A DNA stretch of 63,780 bases, the filler included, from Reclinomonas americana ATCC 50394 (Eukaryota), in the NCBI GenBank assembly GCA_048213135.1. It is 17 parts of 17 records of this genome, joined end to end, with 100 filler letters (N's around TTAATTAATTAA, not from the genome) between each part and the next. Parts side by side here need not be neighbours in the genome. Positions count along the whole stretch, not along the records: positions 38,177 to 41,680 come from AFZH01021916.1; positions 41,781 to 43,909 come from AFZH01021917.1; positions 44,010 to 47,035 come from AFZH01021918.1; positions 47,136 to 51,482 come from AFZH01021919.1; positions 51,583 to 56,657 come from AFZH01021920.1; 12 more parts are not named here. The stretch is one strand, 5' to 3'. A program made the position numbers and the translations under genes. Shown piece after piece: positions 40,968 to 54,547 of this stretch (positions within the stretch are counted from its first letter, which is position 1; each line of letters opens with the position of its first letter). Under the pieces are notes generated by a model. The model was not told the DNA's origin. It saw nothing but the letters and a program-made list of their open reading frames with translations, and searched no databases.

Positions 40968-41423
40968 TCACAGCGTCTCCACCAAGTGCTGCATGTCCTG
41001 GAACTGCTTGGCCACATCGTAAAACTGCGCCAGCGACAACTCGGCCGTGTGTCGCTGCAACTGCCCGTCGGCATCGGCCACCGTAAACGACAGCGTCACC
41101 GACGGCTCCCGCAGACCCGCACACCGCGACGACGCCAGCGACACCTGCAACTGATAATCGACCGCCTGCAACCGCGCAATGGCGAATCCCACTCCCTCCG
41201 CATCATCGGCATCGTCGCCGACCTCGGCCTCGTCCCACACGCGCTTCAGCATGGGCAGGAAGTCGGTCGAGGTGGCGCTCTTGTCGCGCACGCGCGTCAA
41301 GTACGCGCCGACTGCCGCCTCGGCGTTGCCGGCGCCCTGCGATTGTACCGCCAGGGTCAAGCCGCGGTAGATGAATGAGACGGCATTGATGGCCGACTGC
41401 AGTTGGTCGTGCGTGATGTCCTC
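40968..41423 (-). CDS. COMMD6: COMM domain protein, COMMD6-like; last exon, 5' part in gap
   Basis: LQAVDYQLQVSLASSRCAGLREPSVTLSFTVADADGQLQRHTAELSLAQFYDVAKQFQDMQHLVETL aligns with the COMMD6 COMM domain. Confidence 0.75.
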   Translation of the reverse strand, partial: EDITHDQLQSAINAVSFIYRGLTLAVQSQGAGNAEAAVGAYLTRVRDKSATSTDFLPMLKRVWDEAEVGDDADDAEGVGFAIARLQAVDYQLQVSLASSRCAGLREPSVTLSFTVADADGQLQRHTAELSLAQFYDVAKQFQDMQHLVETL

Positions 41424-41780
41424 CTGTGGGAGAAGGAAAGGGGTGAGAGGGTGAGAGGGAAAGGTGAGAGGGGGGAGAGGGAAGGGGGAGGAGGAGGAGG
41501 AGGAGTGAAGCGGAAGGAGTGAAGGAGAAGGAGAAGAACGAGAAGAAGAAGAAGAAGAAGAAAGAGAAGAAGAACAAGAAGACGAAGAAGAGGTAGAGGA
41601 AGAAGAAGAAGAAGAGAGAGAGAAGAAGAAGAAGAAGTAAGTAGAAGAAAAGAAGAAGAAGAAGAAGAAGAAGAAGAAGANNNNNNNNNNNNNNNNNNNN
41701 NNNNNNNNNNNNNNNNNNNNNNNNTTAATTAATTAANNNNNNNNNNNNNNNNNNNNNNNNNNNNNNNNNNNNNNNNNNNN

Positions 41781-44700
41781 TCTGGCGGTGTGGATCTCTG
41801 GTCTGCTGCACCCGTCGCTGCCGCCGATGTACAACCTGCTGACGTCGCCGGGCATCTCCACCATGTGCCCGTCTGGTGAGTTTTTTGACACACTTTTTGT
41901 TCACCACATCACAAACAGTGACTGACTCTCTTCCTCTCTTTTCAGCTCGTGAAACTGTGGCTTGGTTCCCTCGCGAGGCTCGCGATCTGATGGACCTGTC
42001 GCATGCCATCAAGAAGAACCCCGACGAGTGGGTCTTCTTCTGCAAGCGCGTCCTGCTCGACTACGAGACCACTCGCACGGCGCGCGACCAGCGCGCTCTC
42101 GGCCACATGCTGTCTGTGTTCGGCATCCACCGTTACGACCCCGAGACTCACGAGATGGACAAGATCGTCAACGACCCGCGTTGCAAGCCGACCCACGACC
42201 ACCGCGGCCATCGCCTCAACACCGCCGCCTCCAAGATGGTGTACGACTCGCTGGCCAAGAACATTGGCATTCTGCGCTACCTCAACAACGATCAGCACAC
42301 TGAGGTGTTCGACTCGCTGTTCTACCTCGACCGCAAGTACTTTGAGGCGCTGCGCCGCTGGATGAGCGGTCGCATTCAGTCGCTGTCGCGTACCATTCGC
42401 GGCTTCGGCACCACGTGGAAGGCCATGTCGGTGCTGTGCCGCATTCAGAACCCGCGCATGAGCAAGTCTCGTGCGGTGGCGGTGGCCGAGGACAAGTACC
42501 AGATGGTGGTGTCGTTCCAGGAACTCGGCGAGACCATCAAGGGCTCTCGCTGGGAGAAGCATCCGTCGGGCCAGCAGCTGGTCAACCAGCAGAACGTGCT
42601 CGATCTGCTCGACACGATGTGCAACTTGCCGGTCGACCTGGTGACGGTGCTGCGTCGCGACACTCGCTACTTCTCGGTGCGCTACCGCGTGCGCCGTGTG
42701 AATGGCAACATTATGCTGTTCTTGCAGCGCAAGCTGAAGGTGTGTGTTTGAAGAGTGACACATGGGCGTGTATTTGTGCTTCCATTGTGTGCTCACTCTT
42801 CTCTCCTCTCGTTTCTCCTCACAGCTTCCGGGTGACTTCTTGTTCGGCAACGGCAAGAGTGACAACCAGTCGCAAATGCTTTTGCATGTGCGCAACCCGC
42901 TGATTCAAGCCGTCGATGTGAACCAACATGGTTCTCCCGAGGAGCAGATGAAGCTGGTGTGCGTGGCCGAGGAGTTCAACATTGACCGCCGCCTGGCCAT
43001 TATCGGCTTCTCGCAGTATGTGATTACTGACGGCTGGACTCCGGTCGGCAGTGTCGCTGCCTCCAACGAGCGCACGTTCAACGCCACTCTGCAGCGCGGC
43101 CTCGACATGATTGGCCTGCGCACTCACTACGGTCAGCCCGATCTGATTGCCTACGACTACCTTGTCGGCTACAACGGCGAGTCTCTGTCGGACTTTGTGT
43201 CTGAGGATACGCCGAAGGGTGTGACGGTGCATCTGTTTGGCCTGCGTGTCGGTCACGCCGACTACATCACCTGCGGCAAGGGTCGCGATTGCTGCTTGCC
43301 GACGACCAACCGTTTCTCGCTGAAGATTTCTGCCGGTGGCGGAGAGATTGGCACGACTCAGATGTTCCGCGACGCCATGCGCAGCAACCACATTGGCCTG
43401 TGCAAGCGGTGGTCACTGTACCACAGTCTCATGGGTGAGGAAATGGGCAGAAGTGGGAAAGGGGGAAAAGGGGCAAGGGGGGGGAGAGGGGGAGAGAGGG
43501 AGAGGGAGAGAGGGGGAAAGGGGCAAGGGGGAGAGGGGAAGGGGGAGAAGAACAGGGGGGGAAGGGGAGAATGAGACTGAGGGGACAGGGAGGAAGAAAA
43601 GGGGAACAGGAAAGGGGGAGTGGAGGAGAAGGGGACGACGGAGAAAGATGGGGAGGGAGAAGGCAGAGAAGAAGAGGGGAGTGAGACAGAGGGTAGAAGG
43701 AGAGGTGGGATAGTGGGGGAGTGCGTAGAGGTGGAAAACGAGTGGAGATGGTGGGAAGAGAGCATGTGAGTTGTCTTTGTTTATTTGATGGTGTTGACAG
43801 TTTAGAAGTTGTGGCGATGAGACCTGTTTCTCACTGATGTGTCGTTTGTGTTGCAGGATTCTTCACGTCACAGTATGTGATTGTGTGGGGTATCATTGTG
43901 TTCCTTGTCNNNNNNNNNNNNNNNNNNNNNNNNNNNNNNNNNNNNNNNNNNNNTTAATTAATTAANNNNNNNNNNNNNNNNNNNNNNNNNNNNNNNNNNN
44001 NNNNNNNNNCAAAGGGAGAAGGAGATAGAGAGGAAGAGAAGAGACATAGAAGAGAAGAGAGAAGAGAGAGAGAAAAGGAGCTCGTTCAAAATCTTTGTTG
44101 CTCACTCCTCTCTTTGTTTCGCATCGCAGACACTGGTCATCGCTTCAGCTACTACGCTGAGATCCGCTCGTTCGGTGTGCCGCCTGGCCAAGACTTCCGT
44201 CTGGAGGGCGCGGTGCCGCCGGATGCCAAGGACCGACCGGAGGTGCGCTCGGTGCAGAATGTGGTGTCGGAGAACCCGCGCACGCTCGCTCGCGAGTCGC
44301 GCCGCCTCGGCTCCAAGATCCTGCTGGCCATTCTGACCTTCACGTGCCTGTGGGCGGTGGTCGTCGTGTTGGCGGTGGTGATCTTTGTGATCTACCACGT
44401 GCTGCGCGCCATCTTCAAGTGCTGCTGCGGATGCTGCTGCCGCAAGAAGAAGAAGGAGGACGAGGAGGAGACGGTGGAGGAGTCGGAGAATGAGATGCCG
44501 AATCTGGACAAGTTCAAGACGCCGTCGCTGGCGTCGGACGCGACCGAGACCTCGGTGGTGCTCATCAACTCGGAGCTGGAGTACGCCGAGGGACCGGCAC
44601 CGTGGGAGGAGACCGATTATTCGATCCTCGTGCACGAGCGTGGCAAGAACCCGTGGCGTGCCGTCAAGGGCAAGACCACCGACATCAACCTCGCCGACGA

Positions 44701-45994
44701 CGGCGACGACGACGACGTCAGCTCGAGCGCCTCCCTGCCGTGGCTGGAGGGTGAATCGAAGCAGACGGTGACGGGCACTGCTGGCCGTGTGGCCACTGGC
44801 AGCGCACCGGGTTCACGGACGCACAGCCGCTCCAACTCGGGCGCGTTCGAGGCCAAGATGAAGGCCATGCAGCAGTTTAGCGGTGCCGGCAGCGCCAACG
44901 CTTCGCCGGTGCGCGGCAGCCCCATGATGCGTGGACAGAGCCCGCAGTTCTCGGCCGCCTCGTCCTCCCAGCGTGGCAGCCCGGCCGTGGTGACCACCAC
45001 CACGACTTCGACACACAGCCGCCGCATGAGCTCGGTGGCGGAGGGCTTCAAGGCCGGCCGCTCGCGCGTCATGACACCTTCAGGCGCCGGTGGTGGTGGC
45101 AGCCGCTACCAGTCATCGGAGGACGAGGATGCGCACACTCGCGCCTCGTTCCGCACCGCCAACTCGAACGACGAGTCCGACGGTGGCTACCGCACCGGCC
45201 ACGAGTACACTGGCGGTCAGCAGTACTCTGATCGGTCCGACGATGACTCGGCCGCACGTGGCACCGGCTTCAACTCGCACAACGCGTCGCCGCAGCCGTC
45301 CAACATTGACCACACCGAGACGCACGTTTCGATGCCGACTGACACGTCGTCGGCCTCGGAGCCACCACCATCGTCGGCCCGCCCGCTCTACACGGGACCA
45401 CCACCACCACAACCGGTGGTGCGCTCCTCGTCGCAATCGGGCGGCGTCCAACAACAACGCAACTCGGCGGCCACAATGTCGCGCCAGAACTCCGAGGTCG
45501 CCATCATGGTCAACAGCCGCTCGTACGATCAGCGTGCTCATGGCAGCGGTGGTGCGGCAGCCGGCGGCGGCGGCGGCTCGGACGACTCGGTGTCGGAGGG
45601 CGAGACGATTACGCAGTCGATTAGCGAGGTGTCGCCGCGTGGAGCGCGTCACGAGACGCAAATCGTCACCAAGAAGAAGAGGAAGATTGTGCGCAAGATC
45701 ATCAAGAAGAAGGCCAAGAAGACGGCCACTTCGACGGTGCACCAGCAAGAGGACGCCAGCGAGGCCACTGGCTCCGACTACGTCTCCACTTCGGGTGACG
45801 AGTTTGGCCGTCCGTCGTCGCTGGTGCTGGCCCAGGCGCAGGGTGCGCTGGTGCAGCTGGGCAACATGCAGCAGATGGTCGGCGCGATGCGACAGGAGCG
45901 CGTGATGCAGGAGTCGGCGTATGAGGAGCATGTGGTGAGGACGGCGAGCAGCAGCAACAGCAGTGGAGGCATGCCGCCGATCTCCAGACCATGA
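41781..45994 (+). CDS. Divergent GT48 1,3-beta-glucan (FKS/callose) synthase. 5' end and part of the TM region lie in gaps; the exon 44130-45994 (TM, Cys cluster, long disordered tail) is assigned by position
   Basis: WMSGRIQSLSRTIRG, LPG..LFGNGKSDNQ, IQAVDVNQ, RTHYGQPD, VSED, YITCGKGRD, KISAGGGE correspond to FKS motifs WAS.R.QTL.RT..G, GEGK.ENQ, HYGHPD, L(S/N)ED, GKGRD, KI..G.GEQ. Confidence 0.85.
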
Positions 45995-46704
45995 GAAGGA
46001 GCAAGAAGGGAGGAGTGAGAAGGAGAAGTGCTTTTAGAATCTAAAGGTGGTGTGTGTACAATGAACAATTGACGATGTTATATAAGGAGGGAGATGGGGG
46101 GAGAAGGGGGTGTAAAGGGAAAGGTAGGGAGGGGGGAGAAGGGGGAAGGGGTGTAAAGGGAAAGGTGGGGAGGGGGGAGAAGGGGGAAGGGGGTGTAAAG
46201 GGAAAGGTGGGAAGGGGGAAGGTGAGGAGAGGGGAAAGGGAGGAAAGAGGATAGAGGAGGTGGAGGGAGAGATGGTGAAGAGAAGGGAGGAAGTGAGATA
46301 TCGGGGCGACGGAAGGGATGAGAGAAAGCGGGAGGAAATGCAGAGAAGGAAACAAACAGGGAAGCGTTCCACAGCATGATTCTCGGAGAAGCAATGGAGA
46401 ATGGTTGCCGACCAGGCAATTGCATGTTAGCAGAGGGGTCTGAAAGAGTAAAGCAGTGAGCATGAACTGGAAATGTCCATTGGCAACAGTTTGGGTCGGA
46501 GGCACTGTGGATCATGAGGGACAGTCTCGTGAGAACGCGCTGCGAAGAAAAAGGATATGGAAGGGAACGAGAGCAAAGGAAAGGTCAGGAGAAAAGGAGA
46601 GGAAGAATTCTAACTGGCGACTGTGCTTCTAAGGATTACCTCTGCAGCTGGCAACTGCAAGCGTCCTGCATGATCATCTCTTTTTTTACTTTACAGACAG
46701 AGAC

Positions 46705-46980
46705 ATGGCCTTTCGTCTCTCTGACGCCGACTTTGTCGGAGTTGCGCCTGCAGCAGCCCTCCTGCCTGTCTCTCTTTCTCTCACTCTTCTCTCTCTCTCT
46801 CTCACTCACACAGTTCGACATGGACTTCACTGCAGTGCACTACAAACTTCCGGCGTTTGTGCCTCTTGTGCGCTCGCTCTTTGTGCAGTTCTTGGTCGAG
46901 GAGGAGGGATTTGATGAGTCGTTGTTGACTGTTGAGTGGAGGGAGGAATGGGTGAAGGAGAGGGGGGAAGGGGAAGGGGA

Positions 46981-47011
<31 letters not shown>

Positions 47012-47135
47012 CGAAGGACGACGAGGAAGAAGAGANNNNNNNNNNNNNNNNNNNNNNNNNNNNNNNNNNNNNNNNNNNNTTAATTAATTAANNNNNNNNN
47101 NNNNNNNNNNNNNNNNNNNNNNNNNNNNNNNNNNN

Positions 47136-47225
<90 letters not shown>

Positions 47226-48700
47226 GTGTTGTTTCCTGTGCGTGTTTGTGTGTGTTATGGATTGTGTAGTGTTTGTCGCTGCACTAGTGTGCATGCAGAC
47301 TTGTTTCTTTGTATGTGTCGAGTTCATTGCCCCTGTATATGATGTGGTCGTGTTCTGTCGCTGCGCTTGTGGGTGTGCATGCGATAGTGTTTGCCTGTGT
47401 GTATTCGTCTTGTGGGTGACGTATTCTGTTGGCCCTGTGCATGCGTGCGTGTATGTGTACCGCTGCGCTTGTGTGTGCGCTTACGTGTTTGCCTGTGCGA
47501 GTGTTGCGTGTTCTGTTGTCCCTGTATGTCATGTGGTCGTGTGCTGTCGCTGCGCTTGTGCGTGTGCATGCGTGCGATCATGTTTGCTGTGTGCATCGCG
47601 TTCATTATTGCCTCTGTGTGCTTGTGTGGCATGTTCTGCTTCCCCTGTGTTGCGCATTTGTGGGGTGCGTGCATTCAGTCTTGTTTGCCTGATTTATTAT
47701 CTCTGCGTGCGTGTGTGGCGTGTTCTGTTGCCACTTTGATTGGGTCGTGCTTATCTGACATTCTTGCTTGCATATCAGATCTGTTGATGCGCTTTGCGTA
47801 CGGCGACGACTGGGAGTCGCTGTTCGAGCTGGTGGTGGTGCGTGCGAGGAAACCTACCTTTTGGACCGACGGCTCTCCGTTCTATCGTTGCGTCTGTAGC
47901 ATGCATCTGACAGCCGCCCGCCGCCTGTTTGTATTCATTGTTCTCCCACTCCGCTGCAGAGCTGGACGTGCACTCGTACCTCGATCTCAGTCACGTGCCG
48001 GAGGTGCGCATTGACGCTTCACGCGTGGTTGTTGGTCCCGTAAAGTACTGGTACTTGCGTGGCAACGGCACCGATCTGCGCAAGGTGCTCGCCGCTCGTC
48101 TGTCGGATGTGCGATCAGCACCAGGTGCGTGTGTGGGAGGGGGGATGTGGTGTGGTGTGGTCGTCTCTTGGCTGACTGCAAGCGCAGTGGAACCGGATGA
48201 GGTACGGGTGACGTATGTTGGTGATCACATTTGGGCGGATGTGGTGGCTCCGAAGCGGTGAGTGAGAGGGAAAGGGAACAGGGAAGGGGAAAGAAAAGGG
48301 CATGGGGGAGGGAGAGATAGAGAGGATGGGATGAAAGAAAGGCAGGGTGGCTGACACCTGCATTGCTTTCGCAGATACGCCTCGTTCCGCTCAGTGTGCG
48401 TGTGCCCGCAACTATTTGCATATCTTAGCGGCGGCAGCCTCGAGGAGGAGGACCCAGAGTTTTGTGGTCGTCGCTGCTTCCTTGCCCTCCTGTGTTTTGC
48501 CTCTCACACACGATGGTGCTTGCAGGCGCGCGGTGTGCCACGGCGAGATCATGGAGAAGAGCGACTCGTACTACGCCGTGCTGGCCCGCGACAGTGCTGA
48601 TTTGTGTGTGCGCACGCTGGCCGATTTTGCCAATCGATACAATGTGGATCGCGAGTTTATGGATCCACTGGAGCCCATTCGTAAGGAGCGCGCTGTGTGA
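46705..48700 (+). CDS. HAD-superfamily cN-II/NT5DC-type 5'-nucleotidase
   Basis: FVG|FDMDFT motif I, DWESLFELVVVRARKPTFW, YLRGN, VTYVGDHIWADV. Confidence 0.85.
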
Positions 48701-48767
48701 GCTTCCCGAAGTGGAATAGATGAATTATGGTTGTTCTGCTCACTCATTCCACTGTGGCACGCTGCTT

Positions 48768-48803
<36 letters not shown>

Positions 48804-48912
48804 CGATCGTGCCCTCTCCTTTCCCGCACTTTGGTCACAGGAACTGTTCACTGTGACTCTCTCTTTCTCTCTCTTTTCTTTCCTGATCTCCTTCTTGTTT
48901 CTCCGCGTCGAG

Positions 48913-50349
48913 CTATCCACTCCGATTGTTGATCACCGCCAGCACGCGACCGGGGAGCGCCAGCGGCGGCAGGCACAGCGCCACGCAGCCCTCGGAGGTC
49001 TGTGAGTAGTACAGCTGGATGGCCGACTTGGCCAGGCGGCGGCGTGCCTGTCGGAACTGCTGGTGCATCCACCGGAGGCAGTCGACCAGCGGGTCCACCG
49101 ATGTCCAGTGCTGGCGCTCGGGAGCGTCGGCTGGCTGTTGCTAAAGTCAGGGAGAGAGAGAGAGAGAGAGTGAGGTGTGTGAAAGTAGGATGCGCACGCA
49201 CCCACACGTCTCCCATGCGGAGGGCGTGGCGGGCGAGGATGCGAGCGGCCGCGGCGAGGGTGGACGGCTGGTACTGCAGCACGCCGACGTCGAGGAGCGA
49301 CACCTCCAGGATGTACTGCGCGCGCGGAGGATGTCACCAACAAGTGCTTGCCTGGACCGGTGGTGTACCACGCAACTTGCACCAGCTTCTCAAACTGCGC
49401 CAACACAGCAGCCTCCTGCTTGCTCCCGCCACGTCGCCGCAACGCGCGCCGGTCAAAGCTGGAGAAGGTGGTGGCAAAGGTGGCCGCCGTGGCCGAGAAG
49501 CAGCGAAAGTCGAGCGCACGCAGCATGTGCGACTCCTGCTTGCCAATCTGCAAGGCACGAAAGGTGAGACATCTCACTGGCGGGGCTGGAGAGGTGTGCG
49601 CGACGTACCTCCTCCGCCGTGTAGGCATTGTCGGTGAGCGCGGCCACTCCGTGCAACGAAGGCACAGTGGCCTCCTCAAATTTCCTGCTCATCCTGATGA
49701 GGAGACTGGGAAGTAGAAAGGCACAGTGTAGGTGGAGGGAGCAACGCAACACGGCCACCAGCAGCGCCGCTGCTCCCACCAACTGCAGTCGACTGCGCGG
49801 GACATCGCGACCCGCGCGCTCCGAGGAGAAGGCCAAGTCGGTGAGTCGCACGGCCAGGTGCACGGTCTCCGGCGACGCCTGCAGCTCGTGCAAGCAGTCG
49901 ACAATCCACTCGACCAACACAAAGCGCATGTTGGGCGTGGTGTGCCGCTGGAGGCCCTCGGTGGGGTCCAAGTACGAGGGCAGCGGTTGTGGCCAGCGGA
50001 GAGTTGTCTCGCCCTCGAACATGAGCTGCAGTGAGTGCTCCATGTGGTACCACTGGCAGATGTCGGTGTCGGTGGAGCCGGGGGGAGTGTTCTCGTCGCT
50101 GTTGGTGGAGGAGGGGGGTGCGAGGATGACGGTCACGGGCTCTGTGTGTGAGAGAGAGAGGGAGAAGAGTGAGAGATTGTGAGAAACTGACTCACAAGGA
50201 AGTGAACCTTTGTGCTCGCTGAGAGGTGCCGCGGGTTGTGAGTGGGGAGGCGAGGACATGTTGTCGGATTGCTGTGGCGGGTGTTGCGCAGAGTCCTCGG
50301 TGGCTCCCGAGGGTGAGGAGTGGGAGATTGCGTTTTCTCCGTCGCGCAT
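48913..50349 (-). CDS. A/B-type cyclin; start at 50349 or 50260
   Basis: PNMRFVLVEWI, ETVHLAV, LQLVGAAALLVAV|KFEE, TDNAYT.EE, YILEVSLL...YQPSTLAAAA. Confidence 0.88.
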
Positions 50350-51149
50350 GAAAAGTTGAGTTTACAGTAAAATATTGCTCGCGAAAAATGCCCACGTGGG
50401 GGAAAGAAAGGGACGGGTGACAATAACTTTGAAGACAAGTAGCAATACAGATGCATGGTCATGGGTGAGTACGAGAAGTGGAAGCATGACAGAAACTGTT
50501 GAGTAAAAGTCGAAAATATCATATGCATGGCCACGTACTGTCTGCAACTGCACCTTCGCCAACAAACAAACGTTGCGTTTATGGCCAAGTCCAATCATCA
50601 ACCCAAACAGCTGCCTTGGAGGCAGCGGGACGGATTTCTTCCGAGCGGCTGCATGTTCGTCGACGATTGCTTCGAATTCGAACAAATCGATCTAGATCTC
50701 TGCGTCGCATAATGCGTCGTAGTCACACTGCATGACAAGCACGGATCTGATACCGAGTTGAAGCTGGTTGGTGGCGCGTGGTAGTTGGCCAGTTGAAAGC
50801 ATTTCTTGAATTCAAGAGAAACTGAAATCGAAATGGATTCCAGTGCGCAGACCTGCTCTGAGTTTCGAGCAGTTGGACCTAAGCATTGAATTCCGATAGA
50901 ACGGGCGAGTCAGTGCTCTGCAATAGAGCCTCGTTTGCAAGTCAGGCTGGACTCGCCGTGAATTCGCGATCGACGTCGGGGACCTGATCCTAACTTCGAG
51001 GAAACTTTGAATTCGGAAAAAACTTGCTGCAGCTCATGACTCTTTGCTCTGAGACTTGTACACACTGCTAGAGTTGCATATCAAGCTGGCTTTGCTGGAA
51101 ATGCATTGCATTTCGTGTCCCACCACTCCGACGGACCAATTCTCCCATC

Positions 51150-54100
51150 ATGTTCTCCGTGCCCGCGTGGGATGCCTCCGAGCAACCGCCTCGCAAGCGC
51201 CAACGCGTAGACACAACAACAACCACCACAACAACACAAGAGAAGAAGAAGAAGAAGAGCAAAAAGTCCCAGTCAAACACCGAGTCGCTCTTTGTCATTC
51301 CCGCGCCTCCCGTCGCCCGCAGCGAGGCCGCACAGGAGAAGAAACGCGACAAACGCCGTCGTCGCAAACAGCGCGCGCGTGAGGAAGTCACACAGCGACT
51401 TGCGCGCAAGGCCGAGAAGCATGCTGCTGCAGAGGTCGAGGTCGAGGCTGAGAAGGCCAAGGCGGTGGAGGCGGAGGCCGACNNNNNNNNNNNNNNNNNN
51501 NNNNNNNNNNNNNNNNNNNNNNNNNNTTAATTAATTAANNNNNNNNNNNNNNNNNNNNNNNNNNNNNNNNNNNNNNNNNNNNAAGGGGGAAGGGGGGAGG
51601 GAAAAAGGGAACAGCTCCTCAATACTTTTCTTTTTCATTTCTTGCATGTTGGTCTTTCACTTGTTCTTCTTCCTGTTACTCGTCTCCTCCTTGTCTCCAT
51701 TCACTTTTCTTTCTCCCCTTCGCGTACTCCTGCGTGTTCTGCCTCTCCCGAGCTTGCATGTATCGTTAACCTGCGTTTGATGTTTTGCTGTCCAGGTTCC
51801 TTCTTCGTGCTTTCTGCAGTCTCCACCTCCTCGTTCTTGCTTCCTCTTATTCTCCTACCCGCCTCGTCTGCAATCCCGTTCGTCTTGTTCTCCATTCCGT
51901 CATGTTGACCTCTTGCTTGTTGTGCTTTCGCTTATTCTTGCTCCTGTTGCATCGTCTCCTCCTTGTCTCCTTTGCGTACTCCTCCGTCTTCTTCCTCTCA
52001 TGTGCTTTCCTGTTCTGCTCTTCTCGGTATCCTGCCTTTGATGTTTTGCCCTCCAGGTTCTTCTTCGTGCTTTCTGCACGTCTTCACCTCCTCATTCTTG
52101 TTCCTTCTCATTCTCCAACCCTGCCTCGTCTGCTTCCACCCCGTTCGTCTTACTCTCCATCCCGCCATGTTGACCTCTTGCTTGTTGTGCTTTCGCTTGT
52201 TCTTTCTCTCCTTCGCGTACTCCTACGTTTTCTTCCTCTCCTGTGCGTTCGTTCTCTTTATTCTGCATCTTCTGCTTGCTCTCCAGGCTCTTCTTCGTGC
52301 ATTCTGCACGTCTCCACCTCCTCGTTCTTGCTTCCTCTTATTCTCCTACCCGCCTCGTCTGCAATCCCGTTCGTCTTGTTCTCCGTCCCGTCATGTTGAC
52401 CTCTTGCATGTTGGTCTTTCACTTGTTCTTCTTCCTATTACTCGTCTCCTCCTTGTCTCCATTCACTTTTCTTTCTCCCCTTCGCGTACTCCTGCGTGTT
52501 CTGCCTCTCCCGAGCTTGCATGTATCGTTAACCTGCGTTTGATGTTTTGCTCTCCAGGCTCTTCTTCGTACTTTCTGCACGTCTTCACCTCCTCATTCTT
52601 GTTCCTTCTCATTCTCCAACCCTGCCTCGTCTACTTCCACCCCGTTCGTCTTGTTCTCCATCCCGTCTTGTTGACCTCTTGCTTGTTGTGCTTTCGCTTG
52701 TTCTTTCTCTCCTTCGCGTACTCCTACGTTTTCTTCCTCTCCTGTGCGTTCGTTCTCTTTATTCTGCATCTTCTGCTTGCTCTCCAGGCTCTTCTTCGTG
52801 CTTTCTGCACGTCTCCACCTCCTCGTTCTTGCTTCCTCTTATTCTCCTACCCGCCTCGTCTGCAATCCCGTTCGTCTTGTTCTCCGTCCCGTCATGTTGA
52901 CCTCTTGCTTGTTGTGCTTTCGCTTGTTCTTGCTCCTGTTGCTCGTCTCCTCCTTGTCTCCTTTTCCAGAATCGTCTTCCACTTTTCTTCTCTCCTTCTC
53001 GCACTCTTCGTTGATTTCTCAGAGCCGCCTGCATTTTCTTTCTCTTCCCCTCTCCTTTCGTTTTTTGCTGTTTTATTTCCTCTGCATCCACTCTTGTGCC
53101 ACACCTTGGTCGTCTTCTCTTGTTCTGCGTTTGCCGTTCGCATGAATCGATCTTCTCCTCTCCCTTGTCGAAATCTTTCTCCTGCATTGTCTTCCTCTCT
53201 TGTCGCCTTCTCATCGTCCTCCTCCCCCTTCCCCATTTCCCCCCCGCAGTACCACGACGGCTTCCGCAAGCAGGTCTCCAAGTGGCCGCAGAACCCGCTG
53301 CAGCTCATGATTGACTACGTGCGGCGGTGTCCGCCGGAGTGGACGATTGCGGATTTCGGGTGCGGCGAGGCGGAGCTGGCGCGCACGCTGCACGAGTCAC
53401 ACCCGCACATTCACTCGTTCGACTTGGTGGCGGCGAATGAGTTTATCACGGCGTGTGATGCGGCGAATGTTGAGCATTGGGGGGAAGGGATTGGGGGGGA
53501 AGGGAGGTGTGGGAGAGGGTGGATGAATATGGAGAGGCAACGTCTCCTTTCCTTGGCAAACTGAGGAGAGAGACCTGGTGTGCGCGGTCTGTTTCCTTTT
53601 CCTTGACAGACTTTCGCGAGAGAAAGAGACTGTCCGTGCTTGAGCCGTTTGTCTTCTCCTCCTTGGCAGACTGAAGAGAGAGAGGGAGAGAAAGAGAGAG
53701 AGAGAGACTGTCTCTGCCCTGATCTGTCTCACCTTCTCCTTGGTTGCCTGGGAGAGAGTGGCTTGCTGTGAGCTGCCTGTCTCCGATTGTGGCAACCGAG
53801 AAGAGACAGACCGTCCTTGTGAGCCATCTGTCTCTTTTCCCTTTACATGCCGCGAGAGAGTTGGAGAGTCCGTCTTTGCTCTGATCTGTCTCACTTCCTC
53901 GGCAGGCAGTGGAGAGGGAGCGTCTTCTCTGTCTTCTTTTCCTTGGTAGACGGGGAAGAGAGAGACTGTCCCTGCTTGAGCCGTCTGTCTCCTCCTTGGC
54001 AGACGGAGGAGAGAGAGACCGTCTCTGTGAGCCGTCTGTCTCCTTCTCTTCCTCCCTCCCTCACCCTCTTGCCGCCGCACAGACGCCCCTCAAGGACTCG

Positions 54101-54547
54101 ACCGTCAACGTTGCGATTTTCTGCTTGTCGCTCATGGGCACCAATTTTGCCGATTTTCTGCGCGAGGCGGAGCGCGTTTTGCGCCCGAAGTTGCGTCGCC
54201 TGCTCGTTGCTTGACCGTTGCCCGTTGCTCACCAATCACCACACAGCGGCACTCTGCTGATTGCAGAGGTTGCCTCGCGTTTCACCGATCTAGATGAGTT
54301 CTGCCACGCCGTGTGCGCCGATCTCGGTTTCCAGCTGCGCAACAAGGTGAGAGAGCGGCACGAGCATGCTTCTTGGTCTCCCGCCCCTCACCCTCTTGCG
54401 CACACCACACAGGATACGAGCAACTCGCATTTCGTGCTGCTCGAGTTCAACAAGGCCAGCAAGCGCGCCACCAACAGCAGCAAGAAGCGCGCAAGCAGCA
54501 CTCTAGACGGCATCTCCCTGCGAGCGTGTCAATACAAGAAGCGATAG
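51150..54547 (+). CDS. RRP8: rRNA methyltransferase RRP8/nucleomethylin
   Basis: [61 protein letters not shown]. Confidence 0.93.
51641..52960. repeat. Pyrimidine-rich nested duplications within an RRP8 intron
   Basis: Blocks 51641-51800 and ~52405-52565, and ~52040-52400 and ~52540-52900, are near-identical. Confidence 0.8.
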
